Shown one piece after another: positions 62,316-64,000 of a stretch of DNA of 64,000 nucleotides. The notes below the pieces were generated by a model. It searched no databases, was not told where the DNA came from, and saw only the letters and a list, made by a program, of their open reading frames with translations. The DNA comes from Mobula hypostoma (taxonomy: Eukaryota). Numbering within the stretch: position 1 is the stretch's first letter; each line of letters opens with the position of its first letter. Location of the stretch: positions 15,438,001-15,502,000 of the forward strand of contig NC_086108.1 of assembly GCF_963921235.1 (NCBI RefSeq). The letters are read 5' to 3'. Position numbers and translations under genes: made by a program.

Positions 62316-63878
62316 ATGAAGCGAAGAATTAATTGTTTTGTCGCTAGCCCATTGAGTTCATGCCAACTCCTTGGTGAGGAACCCCAGCAGTCTTATTTCC
62401 CTAAGAGCCCTGCATCTTATCCTCCTTCACAGGTGTATCAATTCCCCTTTAGTTTCTTTGCCAGTAACCTCCATTAGGAAGCAGTTAACCTATCTGCATG
62501 TCTCTGAGATATGTGAGGAAGCTGGACCAAGTTATTGTTCCCTTCAAATCTCATCTCCCATTCAATTTGGCCAAAACTCATCCTCCAAATTATAATATCT
62601 TATTCCAGCTTTCTCCCTGTATTCCAGGCATTATGTCGTGAACACTGAAACAGAGAAACTTCGCCGAGCCTTTATAATGCTCTGTTTCTGTGTCCAAATC
62701 ATGTCTGGATTATTGTCATGTATACAAGTACTGTGAGGTAACAGATACAATGCAAAACTTGTAGGAACATTGGTACAGACAACACACAAAAATATAAATT
62801 ATCCAATACAGTAAAAATCTGTGGGGGGAAAAACACAATTGAAGATTGATCCATAGTAGTCCAAGAGGTGATGTGTACCTGATGTTTGCAGGAAAGTAAC
62901 AACTTCTGACAGCCCAAAACCTGCCACAAATATTGACATTACCAGGCATTCATATAAAGATAGACACATTTCCAGGATTGTTGTAAATATAGGTCCAATC
63001 CTGTTAACTGCTTGTCGATATTAACACATGCAGAGTCAAACCTTCCTTGATGTAATATTTGTTTTACCTGCTGGTGTGTGTTGATCATCAACTTGCCCCT
63101 GATTCAATCTCTCCAGTATATGTAACTCCTCTCTGTTTATTTGCTCAATATGAGTAGTTTGCCTAAGGCAGCAGAGTGGTTTAGGAAGATTGGGAGCATG
63201 AGACAGAGGTTGTAGATTAGCTTCATGCAGCTTGAGGCTGTGTCAACTTGATCAGTGACAGTAGGTCAAGGGAATATCAAAGCTAGAAGAGGTCATGGGT
63301 GATGGAACTTGCAAGTAAGTCAACTATGGTGGTGAACAGTGCTTACCAATGGCTTATTGAAACATTTAAAACCCACCCACATGGACTCCAGGGAGCTGCT
63401 TTCCCCACTGCCTTGCCTGAGGTAACAACATCAGTTGTCTTGTTCCTGCTACATCCTAATGAATTAATGTCCCAATATTTTCAATTTTAAAAAAACTTTG
63501 AGAAAAGACTGTTGTACAATATAGAAACACAGCGTGTCAGGCTGCAGCTATGGGGAGAAGAACAGTTAATTTTTCAGGCGGATGGAACTAAACACTCCAC
63601 TGATTTTTGGGCAGGTTAGAAAGATCTGTGGAGGTGGCAGTCAAAGATTTCCATTTAAAATCACTTCTAATATGACCTCAACTTTAGAAGCTTTATTGAA
63701 GGTTTGCCCTTGGGCAATAACTGTCAAATGGTGAAATCAACAATATAATAACGACACCAAAATCTCTTCAACTTTTTGCCCTCCCATATCCCAGCACCTT
63801 GAGACCCCAGGTTAGAAGTAGACAAACTGCACAGCTGACCCACAGCTGAAATAGTCTCTCCTTCTCTGCCTCTCACAG

Positions 63879-63972
63879 ACAGTGATAATGAATTGTCGAG
63901 TGGCACTGGGGATGTTTCCAAAGAGTGTCCTGAGAAAATCCTGGAATCATGGGGGGAATTGCTGCAGAGATG
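63879..63972 (+). CDS. rabgap1l: Next coding exon of RABGAP1L
   Basis: Pyrimidine-rich acceptor ctctccttctctgcctctcacag| and donor TG|gtgagt; 94 nt. With the split codon G|AC it reads [46 protein letters not shown] fits RABGAP1L rather than RABGAP1 (recalled as NDEPLLSGSGDVSK). Confidence 0.95.
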
Positions 63973-64000
63973 GTGAGTAGCACAGCCAACCATGTAGAAG

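Noticed and set aside
28153..63878. Nested GPCR gene (GPR52 lies in a RABGAP1L intron in other vertebrates)
   Set aside because: No long 7-TM ORF in this window; by recollection it lies in a later intron.
63724..63993. 89-aa minus-strand ORF
   Set aside because: Antisense shadow of the rabgap1l exon.

Overview
Eukaryotic vertebrate genomic DNA, very probably from a cartilaginous fish (ray or skate). This is inferred from the mix of CR1, Rex/Babar, Penelope, V-SINE/HE1-type and DeuSINE repeats. The whole window lies inside one host gene on the + strand, rabgap1l (RAB GTPase-activating protein 1-like). Two consecutive, phase-compatible coding exons (27987-28152 and 63879-63972) were missed by the ORF track and are separated by a ~35.7 kb intron. 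Nearly everything else is nested transposable-element sequence: many CR1 LINEs (one full-length), a full-length L1, Rex/Babar LINEs, a decayed endogenous retrovirus with env, a Tc1 containing a Gypsy containing a CR1, a solo LTR, Tigger and Harbinger derivatives, Penelope pieces and SINEs. The most interesting signals are at the RNA level. (1) A 708-bp non-coding retroposon begins exactly with an HDV-like ribozyme fold that has an atypical insert, and its 3' stem-loop encloses a tRNA-like module. (2) A TSD-flanked Penelope fold-back palindrome carries an intact minimal hammerhead ribozyme on the host sense strand. (3) A Gypsy element has no tRNA primer site; its PBS position is complementary to its own LTR, suggesting self-priming, and its RT motif reads YLDN. 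Family names come from motif recognition and memory, not database searches. Boundaries of old repeats are approximate.
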